Shown here one piece after another: positions 63,626 through 64,000 of a stretch of 64,000 bases of DNA. Position 1 is the stretch's first letter. Each line of letters begins with the position of its first letter. A program made the position numbers and the translations under genes. The stretch is taken from NCBI RefSeq assembly GCF_964194025.1, contig NC_134472.1, positions 59,582,001 to 59,646,000 of the forward strand. The letters are read 5' to 3'. The DNA comes from Convolutriloba macropyga. Its lineage: Eukaryota. The notes below the pieces were generated by a model that made no database searches, was not told where the DNA came from, and saw nothing but the letters and a program-made list of their open reading frames with translations.

Positions 63626-64000
63626 ATGCCCAAAAAATATAAGCCCACTAAGCTGGGGGGGGAACAGAATACATTGGTTTTTCCATTCCGATAATATGAT
63701 TTTTTGCTGTCGAAACTCTTCCTCTACAACGTTTTGATTGATGGGCTGACGTATCTGAATTTATCATTTATCTTCGTTTGCCCTGTCTTCAGGTAACAGA
63801 ATGCTGAGGCCATCTTTCCTAACTAGAAGAGGGAAAATTTTCCGTTGTTTATCATTGTAGGAGAGGTTTTTCATTTTTGAAGAAAAACCTCTTCTTTTTG
63901 GATTTTTGGATTTTTTTCGTTTGTGCTACCAACTGAGTGGGTGCATATTATTTGATTCCCCCAGACGCATGTGCAATTTGTTTACATACTGACCTGGTAT

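Overview
AT-rich eukaryotic (probably invertebrate metazoan) genomic DNA. The main feature is an ~18.8-kb, env-bearing Ty3/Gypsy element (5367-24156) with very long ~3.75-kb LTRs. It has a tRNA-Asn-type PBS, gag with a CCHC knuckle, a U_UUA_AAC -1 frameshift into PR-RT-RNaseH-IN, a class I fusion-type env (partly duplicated), extra ORFs after env, and a PPT. This copy is decayed by stops and frameshifts. The most unusual observation is that each LTR carries a convergent two-gene cassette. One gene is a sense ORF starting MARTKQTRK, a histone H3 N-tail mimic with no histone fold. The other is an antisense, intron-containing gene that reconstructs to an integrase-type N-terminal (YP/H2C2-like) region fused to an OTU-like cysteine protease, with no DDE core. 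Together they suggest an LTR-borne chromatin/ubiquitin counter-silencing module (inference). The element is nested in inverted LTR pieces of a related subfamily (outer limits 3929-26632, TSD GTATC), which sit in a ~2.9-kb tandem repeat. The rest of the window has an orphan trypsin-like terminal exon, a probable 3-exon host gene for a disordered Tyr/NPF/Pro-motif protein, CCC-ended non-autonomous TIR elements and local repeats. All calls are by eye; no database searches were run.
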